Assembly: GCA_039545335.1 (NCBI GenBank)
Contig: BCIN01000011.1
Coordinates: 310,001 to 347,280, forward strand
Direction of reading: 5' to 3'
DNA from: Kondoa subrosea
Lineage: Eukaryota
Length of the DNA stretch: 37,280 nucleotides
This document shows positions 11,006 to 23,028 of this stretch, one piece after another (the first letter of the stretch is position 1; each line of letters starts with the position of its first letter). The notes under the pieces are model-generated. The model did not search any database and had not been told where the DNA came from. It saw only the letters and a program-made list of their open reading frames with translations. The position numbers and the translations under genes were made by a program.

Positions 11006-14000
11006 CTAAACAGATGGTATAGTAAGTCTTGAGGCTTTCAATGTTCTTTTGAGGCTGTCATAACCTTCGCGTTCTTCACCTAAGTTTTGACTTGCTTTTA
11101 TAGCCTCTTTTGGTTTCAAAAGAGCAGCTGGGCTTGTCCAGATATCTGGTGCTAGACTGAAGTACTGTTCTGATGCGTTTCGCAGCCTGTTCTTGTACAG
11201 CTTAGGCGTAACGATAGTTGGTTCAATGCGACTTGTGCCTTTCACCCAACTTTCCAGCCTAGTACAGAATATCAGCTGACTATACAAGAATGGAATCGAG
11301 ACTTACTTTTTATCCCATGTATATGTGCGAACAAAATCTGGTAATCTGATCAAGCACAGTACAGACATTTTTAGAGGTCAGACTCACCGACGATGCCGAC
11401 TACCAGCTGTTGATTAGTAGTATCTACGCCAACCAACAGACTGTAATCCATAACGTTCATTTTCTCGAGGAACAGTGTATCGTTGTAGAGCGCCATTCGG
11501 AGTAGTTTCTTTGACTCTTCCCGGATGAAAAGAGGAGACATAGCCATCACTAAGGCACTGACAATAAGATATGGCAAGCTCGCGCTAGACAAACTCACTC
11601 TCGGTCAAATTTTCGTCAAGCAGAACTTCCCCTCGCTTGCCGGTCATAGCAACGTGACGATTCCGCTTGGAACCTTTCAGATCGAAGATCTTATAGCGTC
11701 TATTAGTCAAATCTAAAGATCTAATTGTCCAAAGACAAACTTTTGAAACTGTGCGTTCATAGAACAGATTTTCCATGACCAGTACGTCGAGACGAATGGT
11801 CTTGCCGTTTGAGCCAGTGTAGCCTATCCTGAAGAAGCCAAGAACCTTCACCAGAAGTGTGGGCAGCTAAGTCCTATTAGAAAAGCTTGCAGACCGTGAT
11901 TAATTAACTCACATCGTGAAAGAATGCCCGTGACATGTATTCGAAGTATGCTGGAGCAAACCGCAAGAAAGCGTCCATTTCTAACCTGGAGATTTCCTTG
12001 ACCACAAAAGCGTCGTCTGTTTGCGCGGATCAACAAAGCTACTCTGCACAATGCTCTTACCAACCTTTTGTTTTCAGAAAAGCGGAGCCTGATTTGCCTC
12101 CTGAAGCATCCCACTTGACACAACGAGCTACCGATTCGATGAATGATTGCTCGATACCGCAGTTTTTGCGGAGTGCATCAAATTGTTCGGCAAAGAATAC
12201 TTTGCAACTGAACTTGCAAGCTCCTTCTTCGAATTCTGTTTGATTCTCAGAAAAGGGATAAGCAGCATTGATAACACTCACGTAATCTGAAATGCTTCGC
12301 AGCTGGCTTCTTGAGCTGCTCTTCGACGTCCGTGCCATCTTGATAGTCAATCATACCCCAGGCTGAAGCCCGCTCTATTCCATGACCTAGTTCTTCGCTA
12401 GGCATAAAGGTCTCAGTCCGTTCGAAAGACTTGGCAGCCATGTTTTCTGATTCCTTCATCTTGTCTTTATACGCTTTGGACCTGTGTCAAGTGTCAGGAT
12501 TGAATCCGCTAAACATAATATATGTATTTACGCTAGGGTGAAAGCAATAATAGAGGACGGTTCGTCTTCGCGAACAAGAACAGGGTTGTTTTGAAACATG
12601 TGCTCAGAAGCATACCTCAAGTTCGAAATTAGTAGATCAAGCGGCATTTATATGATGATATCTCACAGAGGATATTCAAGAGGTGTGAAATCTGCAGTCC
12701 GATACGCCCACAGGCTAGAAATCGTCTTCATCAACGAGTGTCGTTCCGTGCCGCTGGAGCTCATTTCACTTTCGGACAGATGAGAAAGTCGAGAAGAGCT
12801 AGGTTCTGATTCCAGCAGAGGAGATGCGGGCACCGAAGCTGTATCCGGCAAAGAAATTGCTGCTTCTGATACGTTGTCTTCCGCGAGTGCTGGAATAAGC
12901 TGACTTTCTGAAGCCGCTTCAATGGCAGCAGGCATAGCTTCGACCACGTTGAGAACAGCAGGCACATCATCTGCGATAGCAGAAAGCATAATGGCAGGCC
13001 TTCCTTTGATTGTGAACTCCTCTTCCTCTTGCTCGTCATCAGCGCTACCGTCATCAGATTCTGAACCATCGGAATCCTCCCGCAAAGCTTCGCGAGCATT
13101 AGTGAAGACAGAAATGACGGGATTGAGTTGACCGATTGGCCGTGCTTTCCGATTACGAGCTGTCACGAGCCTCTTCTGGCGATCTCGTTCAGCCTCGCGA
13201 CTCATGCGGTCGAAATGTCTTGCGATGGTAGAAACCCGATTTGATGAGTTGCCCGGAGGAGCTGGCACTTTCCTGCTACCGATTAACCGGACAGCTGCAG
13301 GAGAAGTGGCAACACGATTTTCTTTATTGAGAATAGGCAATCGACTAGTACTGGAGGAGAGCAATTTGATTGCTCTCGCGCGTTTTGCGTCACTGCTGTT
13401 GTCTTGATCGCTTGCTCCGGTTGATCGCTTGTTTGTCTTGACTGTTTGAGAAGTAGAAGTCCGCGGAGGCATGAGAGGACGAGCTCCTTCGCCGGTAGCC
13501 TGCAATTTGGGGATTCTGACATCCGAGCGGACACGCCGATACACAGATTGCCGAGATGACTTGCTGCTGGAGATCTGTCCGGTAGAGGATGTTGCTATAT
13601 CTAGATGTTCCAATGATCTAGTAGCATCTTCTTCTTGCTCTACTGGTCTTGCCCTGGGGACCAATCTTGAGATATCCGTTTTGTTGCGTCTCAGGGAAGG
13701 TCTTGAAGAGAGTGCAGGCCTGACATCCGGAGGTGTTTCTTTAGCGATTTCTGTCGACGCTTCAGAATCGAACCTTTTGACAAGATTCTGGATATTGTTA
13801 GATTGTCTAATTCGACGCGCTGTATTATACGATTTGGGCGACTTCGAGTTTTGAATGTCGAGCTCGCCTTCAGAAGCTGCACTTTGCTCTTCGGAATGTC
13901 TGCCACTTGTTTCAACTTTAGTGGGAGGCTCTGCATGTACAGTCGAATCGCTGTCTTCATCTTGATCATCCGCAGAGGTCTTATCCCCAGAGATGGAAGG

Positions 14001-17000
14001 TACTGCCGATGATGTGATACTTTCGCTAACCGCGGTGGATGTCGAAGCTCGAAGTGGGTTGGCTAAGCTACCAAGTTGTGCATCAATAGCTTCAAGATTA
14101 GCTTTGGTGAGAGTCAAGATGGGGAGATTCGTGTCAAGGGCAGGCGATTCCAAGCTCAGAGCAGCTAGATTGCTGGAAGACGAAGATGACAAAGGCAATC
14201 CTTCTATATACTCCTTCTCTTCTAGAGGCGTTGCAAGGAGAGAAGGTGGTTGAAGTCGGCTGTCAGGCGAATTTGGAACGCTGGAATCAGAGAAAAGTCG
14301 CTTAAGCTGATTGGTGGTAAGTCGGCGGAAGTCTTTCTCGGTAGGTAAGAATTTCTGTTCGAAGGCAGTAAATTCTGCATCCCATTCAACTACCCGATCT
14401 TGCAGTAATTTACGAACTCCGCTTAGCGCGAGACCGCTTGAGTCTTGAGCATCGTCAGTCACTTGTCTAAGCAGGTTTTCGATATTCTCCTTTTCTAGTT
14501 TTGCTCGACGACTGATATCTGACATAGCGAGACTTGCTGCTTCAGTCTTTTCTGAACCGACCAAATCTATGCTGAAAGATGTAACCCTTTGCATAACAGA
14601 TGCCCAGTAAGCTGAATTGCGCGCGGAGATGCTTTCCATTTCTTGTTTGCGCAGCCGAGTCTTGATTTCGCGTCTAACCTTGAGATGAAGCCGAGGCAGT
14701 AGTGCATCTGCAACGTCTACAGTTTCGGTGTAGAGGCGCACAGTCCAACCTTTCAACGCAAAATAGCGCTGCTGACCTTCTTCGTGTAAATTATGGGCGC
14801 AGAACAATGGCAGTGAGATAGGAGCTGAAGAGGCAGCTGGAGATTCGTCAGTTGTCGAGGGTTGTATAGCAGGACTGCTAGGCGTAGAGGACTCTGACTC
14901 TTTTTTGGGTGGAGGCTGAGGTATGATAGTGCGAGTGCCCATGGAGGCAGGATAGAAAGATAATTGAAGATAGCGAGCGAAACTGTACTTCCAGGTCGAT
15001 TCGCTCATGGCGGTCAGTCTGCTGTGATGGTGGCAGATTCCGCAATAGGATCGCATATAGATACGTTCGTGGTCGAGCACCTTATCCCAACGCTCAATAA
15101 CACAAGTCACACGCCGAGTCCCGTGGACGTAGACCCGGTAGTGTGATTGAAGTGGTTGTTGGCAGCCGGAACTCTGGCATACCAGAGCCGTTGAAGCGAC
15201 ACAAGCCTCCAGCCATTGTCCCAGCGTTTCATCGCCATCTCCGTAGAAAGTCATCTTGCGCAATTCGGGTTCAACGCAGGATTTGTGGGTTGCACTGCTG
15301 ACTACAGAGTACAGTACTAGCATACTTGTCTGTTGTCGAGGATCGAGAATAAGGTTGAATCGTGAACGATACAAATCGAAAGCCTGAGGGTTTACACATC
15401 AGCGCTGAATCATCTGAGATCCTGTGACTCACATCAAGAGCATCAGCATATTTGTCCTTCGCTACTTCTAGCTGACTACTTAGTTGTACGAGATCCTGGT
15501 CGACCTTGACGGGATTGGGAGCTAGTTGTACAACGGCATCTGTTCTGTCTTCTGGTAGTGAGTTTTCAGAGAGTGTGCTGGCTATACCACTAGATGCTAC
15601 ACTAGAATTGTCTATCAAAGATGCAGCGGAAGAAGAAGTTGTTGAGCTATCGGAGCCAATGTCTCGATTCGAAGCCATAGATGCATCCGTGCTCGATTGT
15701 TGGCTGATACTGGCCACCTCAGATGATCGTTTTGACGCCGTTTCGGACTGCAATATATCTTCGGCTTCCTGATCAGCTCGCAGTTGTTCGAGATGACTAA
15801 GATTCGCATCTTCAGCTTCGATTTGTAAGAAAGGGTGCGGCGGTGGTGGCATGGTGAAAGGACTTATGGATAGTATATTGGATCTGAAGGGACTCAGAGT
15901 CTGCCTAATCAACTTAGACAGATCTTCGGCCGACGAAGGAAGCTCTGCGCTTTCTATTCGCAAGCGATCTTTGCTGGACATGCGAGCAGGATACTTCATG
16001 ACGGACAGCGGATCTTCGCCTTCCAAGAGATGAGCATGCTCGTCACTGAATAGATGCTGCTCAAGTTGCAGACTGGTCGAAACCAAGAGCATGAACCTCA
16101 TGATGTTTTTGATTTTGATTAAAGTTTGCATGGATCCGCCGCGAAGGACGATTGTAGCTCCTAGCTCACGATGACAGCCTTCGAAGCACATGAGTGTTTT
16201 CCTTCGACCAGGAATAGCTGCATGATCGAAAGTTTGGATACGAAACAGTGCACATCGACCGATTCTTGGCTCCATCGCTAGCCGATCCATAGATGAGATA
16301 ATATCAGATTGAGTAGATCTGGCGACCGCCTGCATGACAGAGGATTTGACATTGCGGGCAACAGCTACTTTTGCTGCATGCAAGTATTCTAACGCAACTC
16401 CAGAAACGTTCCGTTCGACCAAAACTATGTGAGGACGCAAAGCAACGATGCGATCTACCATCTTCCGCAAATATTCCTTTTCCTGTTGCAGGAGTGGCTC
16501 CAGACTCATCAATTGATGAGATGCGTCGGGACGCTGATACTCCAAAGCCATAGAAAGTAGCATCACTCGAGGATTATGCTTCTTTCTTGTCATCTTTTTG
16601 TGTAATACATTCTTTGTACAGACCAAACCATCGACGTATTCACTATCCTTGGGTGTTCCGCCTGGCATCTTCTTAATCTTAATGTAAGAACGTACATCGA
16701 TAGAGTCGCCAGATAAGCGTGGATCATGCTTTACGCTTCGAGTTGCTCGTTGTAAGGTGCCTGACAATATCGGAATCCAAGCTTTAATGTTTGGAACGTC
16801 ATCTTGCCGCAACAATTGCCTTAAAAGACGCTCGCCAAATCGCAATTGCACTGCTGTCATATCCGGTTCGCTAGAAATACTGTCTCTTCTCTGTCGACCT
16901 TGCTGAAGTCGGCGATTTGATAGCATGCGGTGAAGATCAGACGAATCCACGCTATGAAGCTGATCGTAAGGCTGATCTGGTAGCCCTTCGTCGGCAGCTT

Positions 17001-18728
17001 TTGAAGCGAGTCTCGAGCGTGATTGGAGAGGACGAAGACGAAGTCCTCCAGAGCTAGGCGTATCGGGAAACTTTATGGGACTTTGCTCTGAGCCGAATGT
17101 AACTGTTGGGCTTTCTAATTCTAAGCGTAAGCCACGAAGATCTGGTGTTAGAGGTCTTGTATCAATTTCGGATGCTTGGCTGATTCCAAGACCGGTATTC
17201 GACGATCTCCCTGCTGAAAGCGCTTCCATTGGGTTCTCTTGTTCATTATCTGGCGTTGGAAGTTCAGGTGGTAGGCCTTGCGGTTGTTCTTCATCTTCAG
17301 CTAATGTCTTGCGGAAAGGAGCGAAGCTACTACTTGGAAGTTCTGCTGTGTCGCTGAACGGAGACTCCATATCTTGAGAATCGAGTTGGAAATCGTTCAT
17401 AGACATGGGAGAGTGCAGTCCGCTGCGGCGAAAGTCGAGGAACAGATCTTCTCCCTCGATAGGGGTAGCGGGTCTTGAATCGTCATAGAAATCTTCGAGG
17501 GCAGAAGTAGGAAAGTCTGGTCGTGGGAAAAGAGTAGCTGCTGCGAACTCTGCTTGTGGCGCACGAACCTGAGTTTCCAGAGGTGCAGAGATAACCGGTC
17601 GAACGAAAGCGCTGCCTCTTGTAGGTATTCTTTCGAATGTATGCTCTTCGGCCAAAGGATGCATAGCGTGCTGTTGTTGTGGCTCTTGATAGTCCTCCAT
17701 GATGGCAATGCACAGGTTACAGACTCTAATATAGCCTTGAAAGCCAAATCGAATGCCCGCGATAATGTTTGATGCGCAGCTTCCGCAAAAAATTTGACCG
17801 CAAATACGGCCTAAACTTGTTCTGAGCCATCTCAACAACAAAAAGTGATTGCACATACAATGATGCTTGCGCCTAAGAGCCGTAAAGGTAGACTCGCAAT
17901 CGAAGCACTGGCAATTGAATTAGATCGAAGATCTTCTTTGGCATACAGCAGATATACCTGCTTAGCTGTTTCGTCTGGCATCCAGTAATCCCTGCTTAAA
18001 CCCTCTCCTCGGAGTCTTCTGAAGATCATTGACACCCCTGACTTGTTCGCTTGCGAGTGAGCTTGCCCTGAAGCGATTGACCGAGCATCATCATTCAATA
18101 TATCTTTACTCAAAGGAAATCCAGGGATGTTGCTAAAGTTATGAGCAATAGATTGACTGTTTGGCGAATGAGAGATATCGGAAGATACACTATTGTATGG
18201 CGAGAAGCTTAAAGATTGACTTAATGGTAAAGCCCGAGAAGCGGGTGCAGCTGAATGGGAATAAGAATGCGAAAGAGAAGCAGGTTGAGAGTATGCTAGA
18301 TCGCCTGACGTAGTCGTTGCGTGCAAGACAGATGTTGGACCTCCTCGAGTGGACACACGAAAGGGTCGAACATAACCTTCGGGCATTCGTGAACTTGATA
18401 CACTGACCGACTTCGGCTTATTTGCTGGTTTAGAAGCTTTGGTTGCAGCGCTGCCCGTTTTGACAGAATCGACTTCGCTCGGTGCAGCAGCATTCTGTTT
18501 GGGCGGAGAAGGATTGTGTGAAGAGGTACGAGAAGCTGAAGCGCTGACTGAAGGAGCTACAATTGTGTTTGATGAATTGGGTGCAGAGCTGCCTGTGGAC
18601 GGAAAGAAAGACTTGATGTAACCACCCAGCAACTCTTGAACGGAGCTCGTAGCGTGCTGATCTTCAAAGTCCAGGTCTTTGTTCAAGTCGAAGCTGGTAA
18701 GATGGGCTGTGTCGTCCTCATTCGCCAT
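11006..18728 (-). CDS. FAB1: 1-phosphatidylinositol-3-phosphate 5-kinase Fab1/PIKfyve
   Basis: FYVE domain ([41 protein letters not shown]), CCT/TCP-1-like domain ([32 protein letters not shown]), Cys/His-rich region ([18 protein letters not shown]), [14 protein letters not shown], and PIP-kinase domain ([64 protein letters not shown]). Twelve introns inferred. Confidence 0.97.
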
Positions 18729-18927
18729 TTGTAGCCTATTACATGATCAACTTGAGACAAGAAGCGCACGTCGCGAAAATCAACAATGTCATTTGTGTCG
18801 CGAATGTTATCGGATGCAATGTCAATGCTCTGTATACATGTCAAGGCGTGCGTTGCAGGCTTTCCTTTCCTCCGGGGCCAAAACACTCGATGCTGAATTT
18901 AATATTGTCGATACAGTACTACGCATC

Positions 18928-20827
18928 TTATTGCACATGTCTCGAATCTCGCTTCAAGCTTCCTTTGAAAGGAGTATCAGGAAACCTTGAGATCACATGA
19001 AAGATTTCGTTTTTGAGTTCAGCGCAACTAGACGTCTCTCTTAGCTGTCATCGTTCGGAAAGAAGAGACACATACTACAAATCCAACGGCAGATCACTTG
19101 GTGCTGTACCAAATGGTTGCTCGATAGCGGATGCTATGCCCTCAATACCCAGAAGGACCTGCCAAGATTGTCATTATCCCGGTGACACGGCAGTCACGAA
19201 AAACGAACGCAAGAGAAGGCAGTGACAAAAGGGATCATCTTCCAGCTCATCTATCGCTCAATCAGCAACTCTCAGAAGTCAACAGCGCAAAATTCAAACC
19301 TGATCAACAAGGCAAAGAGGAAGAATGAACAGATACATGGTGACACTCTGTTTAAGATGGATACCATAGCTTCGGGAAATCAGACCGCAGGACAGCAAGG
19401 TCTATGCGTTACTTACCTTGTAGGGATACTTTGTCGGGCTAGTCATCCGCTTCAGGCGATTATGTGTAAGAATGAAGAGCCGGCCTACCGAGACGTTCTA
19501 CCGTACCAAGCTCGTCATTGAGGGCATTTACTAGGCCGCAGCTAAAGTTGTAGCCGCTGCACAAATGAGTCAGCTTAGCAGACGCCAACAACAGTAACAT
19601 TACTCACGCTGGTCCAGTGCCATCAAAGTGACCTCTGGCTCGGAAGGTAGCGAGTTGCATCTGCATGTAATGAAGTATAGCCAGAGGCAGAGGAATTGAG
19701 GGTCGTTCCAATTCGTTTCTAACCCAAATGATGCTTCTTTCAGATACATCATCCTCGTTTACATCAGGGCTGTTGACGTCCAGCGGAGAAGTAGCTATTT
19801 CGCTAGCTACTGTTCCATACGCGTGGTGACCGTTGATTTTGCTGCCAAAACCATCGCCAACTACTTTCTGTAGTTACTCGCAATGAGCAACCTAATGCAC
19901 GAAGTTATTGAGTTCATCTACCTGAAAATCTGCTGGTATAAGCGATCGCAGGTCATCGTAATCGCTGCCGAACTCATTTCGAACATGGTGCTTCGCTATT
20001 CAACTGTCATCATTGATATACTAGCAAACAAATGCGAAAACCTACTGGCAATAACAAAAGCGACAGCTAGTTTGAGAAACGATCTCTTCTCCCTTTGGTC
20101 ATCTTCATTCCACTTCCTGCTTCTATAAGGATTTCGACCCTCTTCCGAAGAATCTTGTTCCATACTGAGACCAAGATTGATCCAAACATATCGAGCAAGA
20201 GTTCGAGAAGTATTGCTCATTGCACCAAAAGTGACTCGACTAGCTTCCCATCGCTGAAAGGAAGATGTGCTAGAACAGCATTACGATTTGGATAGTAAAA
20301 CTTTGTCGAAACTTACTTTCGAAAGACAACCAAGAGGCCGACCTGAGACATTTACGAGTCGGCTATAGCCTATAAATTATGGAAAGACATACAATGACCG
20401 TCATAAGAGGTCTGGAAGCACATGAGCGATCACACGGACATAAGCCAAGGACGGAACTTACACCACATTGTTCGTCAGACCGAGCTGCTTGTCATACAGC
20501 AAATCTGCCACGCTGACGCAGACGCTCCATGCTGTAAACCATATGACCGCTTTCCATACTCGGATGATAGCAGAAGCTTTAAGTCTCCACACGTCCTTGA
20601 ACCAATATACACTCGAGAGCCTTTCACGAGTAGCTGGCGATGCATCAGAGAAAGTTATCACATATGATAAGATGCGAAACAAACAGTAGCTGAAAGCAGA
20701 CAAGATAAAACGGGAATGAGCTCAAGACCTTCTGCACAGACATTTGAATGCATTACGCTTTCTCGGCGGTCAACAGATCTCGCAACGCTTGAATAGGCTC
20801 CGATACGGCAGCAAGAGTAGAAGACAT
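18928..20827 (-). CDS. Bestrophin / UPF0187 (RFP-TM) anion-channel family protein
   Basis: Only small fragments appear in the ORF track because of about 13 introns. Spliced product contains NNVVPLMTVIVGLLVVFRNTSSFQRWEASRVTFGAM, KHHVRNEFG, VERLARQSIPTSYGIHLKQSVTMYLFILP and VLLGIEGIASAIEQPFGTAPSDLPLDLYC. Stop TAA 18928-18930. Confidence 0.88.
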
Positions 20828-21045
20828 ATGGGATCTGCAAGAAGCAAAGACCTGGATCAAGGGAAAGAGTGTACTTTCCAAAATCCCGTTTTTTGGTCGA
20901 GGCGCGTTGTCACAATACCACGAGCTGAATATACTTGCACCTTAGGCCTGCGTTAATTCTGCTGTGATTTGACGGACGCAAGAGGAGAGAGCTCTATAGC
21001 CGGCCAAGCAACAGCGGGGGATTAATTATCAGCTGGAAGTGCAGC

Positions 21046-22920
21046 ATGAAGAGATGTAGGCCAGCGGTGGGGCGCTGCAGTGCTAGGACGATCCCTCGGC
21101 AATTGACATACCCTATGCTCTATATCCTATCACCTCCTGCCTTGAGCTTGTCTTCTTCAAGTTGTCTCCAATTATCAAAGTACAACTTGCCTAGGCAGAC
21201 GATAAGCAGTCGAGCTTTCTCTACTACGAAGGGGAGGCGCGAAATGGGGCCGACAGCTCTATATGAGCAAAAAATACAAGATGGGATTCTTCGGCCAGAC
21301 GAATATCAGCGGACAGTAGTCACAAAACTTCAATCACTCCACGACGAGCTTGTCAGCTTCAATCCTCCTCCTGTACCAGAACCTATTGAATATTCTTCCG
21401 TCGTACGTCTTGTTTCGACAGAAAAGATAGGTGTAGCTAACTGGTATGTTTCAGTTTGGCAAATTACTTGGTAGAACAGTTGCACCACAAGCGCCTGAAG
21501 TACCAGAGAAGACACCAAAAGGAATCTATCTGTTCGGAGATGTCGGTATGCTATAGCGTTGTTGACCTTTGTCTTTCTCTCAATCTCATTGATCTACCTA
21601 GGTTGCGGAAAGACAATGCTTATGGATCTTTTCTACGAATCGTTACCTCCATCTATAGGCAAGAGTAAGAAACGAATACACTTTCATGCTTTTATGGAAG
21701 ATGTTCATAAGCGGAAGCACAAATTAGATCAAGCGCACAAAAAGGGAGGACAAGATTTGATAGTATCGATAGCTAGACAGCTGGCTAGGGAGTCTGAGGT
21801 ACTCTGTTTCGACGAGTTTCAAGTACGTTAAATACGATATGGCAAGTCTAAGGATCTGAAGCTGACTGTTGTTTCAAAGGTGCTAGATATCGTTGATGCT
21901 ATGATACTAAAAAGGCTCATCGAATCACTACTAGGCTACGGAGTAGTCATCATCTTCACCTCGAAGTATGTGTCCACGTCTCGCAATCTCGGTCTTACAA
22001 CTAAGTCTGAGTCTTAGTCGACACCCAGACGATTTATACAAGAACGGCATACAACGGAAATCCTTCATTCCGTGTATAGAGCTTATCAAGCGACACTTTG
22101 TGATAGAAGATCTTGATTCTGGAACCGACTACAGGAAAATACCTCGAGCTCTTTCCAAAGTCTACTACGATCCCATAGAAGAGCATCGAACGGAATTCAA
22201 CAAGCTCTTTGATGGTCTTACGCACAATGAGAATGTCAAAACGGATAGAACAGTCACAGTTTGGGGAAGGGAGGTGTCTATACCTGAAAGCACAAGCAAA
22301 GTTGCTAGAATGACCTTTGCGGATCTCTGTGGCCGGTCACTCAGTGCTTCAGATTATATGGAGATCACACGGACATTCGATACAATATTTATCACAGACG
22401 TTCCCAAACTCACTTTGGGCGAGAAAGACAAGGTGTGTTGCATTCTGGTTAGATACGATCCAAGACTCAGTACAGTATTAGGCCAGGCGGTTCATTCTCT
22501 TCATTGATTCAGCCTATGAGAGCAAAGTCGGTCCGAGTTTCCTTCATTTGCAGGATGTTAGCTAATTTGTCTGCCAGACGAAGCTCTTTTTCTTGTCAGA
22601 AGTGCCGATAACAGAGATATTCTCAGATAAGGCGCCTGGAGAAAGAGAAATCAGTGACGCGATGCGTGCGACCATGGACGATCTGGTGTGTTCCTTGCCA
22701 TCTTGCATACTAGCAATTGCTGAATCCTGTAAAGGGCTTACCCGTCGATGTGGTCACCTCTTCATCAATGTTCAGCGGAGACGAAGAAGTGTTTGCATTC
22801 GCCCGAGCAGTAGTACGTGCGAAGCCAGTCTTAGGAAGTCCTGTACTCATTGTCTACCTTTAGTCTCGCTTAACAGAAATGAAGACAAAATTCTGGAGTG
22901 ATTACTCCAAATCAGCATAG
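21046..22920 (+). CDS. AFG1: AFG1/LACE1 (ZapE-family) mitochondrial ATPase
   Basis: [22 protein letters not shown] (Walker A, split by an intron), RIHFHAFMEDVH, VLCFDEFQVLDIVDAMIL (Walker B), [52 protein letters not shown]. Arg/Ser-rich presequence-like N-terminus. Start could be 21046 or 21115. Confidence 0.93.
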
Positions 22921-23028
22921 TATCGTATGATCATGGGTTTTGATGTTGCAGAGTTATGAATGCAGTTGGTATGCATAAAGGTATACACTTGAATATGATC
23001 GATATCAGGGCATGCAAAATGCAGTAGT

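Noticed and set aside
12761..18621. Many 60-130 aa antisense and alternate-frame ORFs inside FAB1
   Set aside because: These are expected shadows of long Ser/Pro-rich exons, with no independent splice or domain support.
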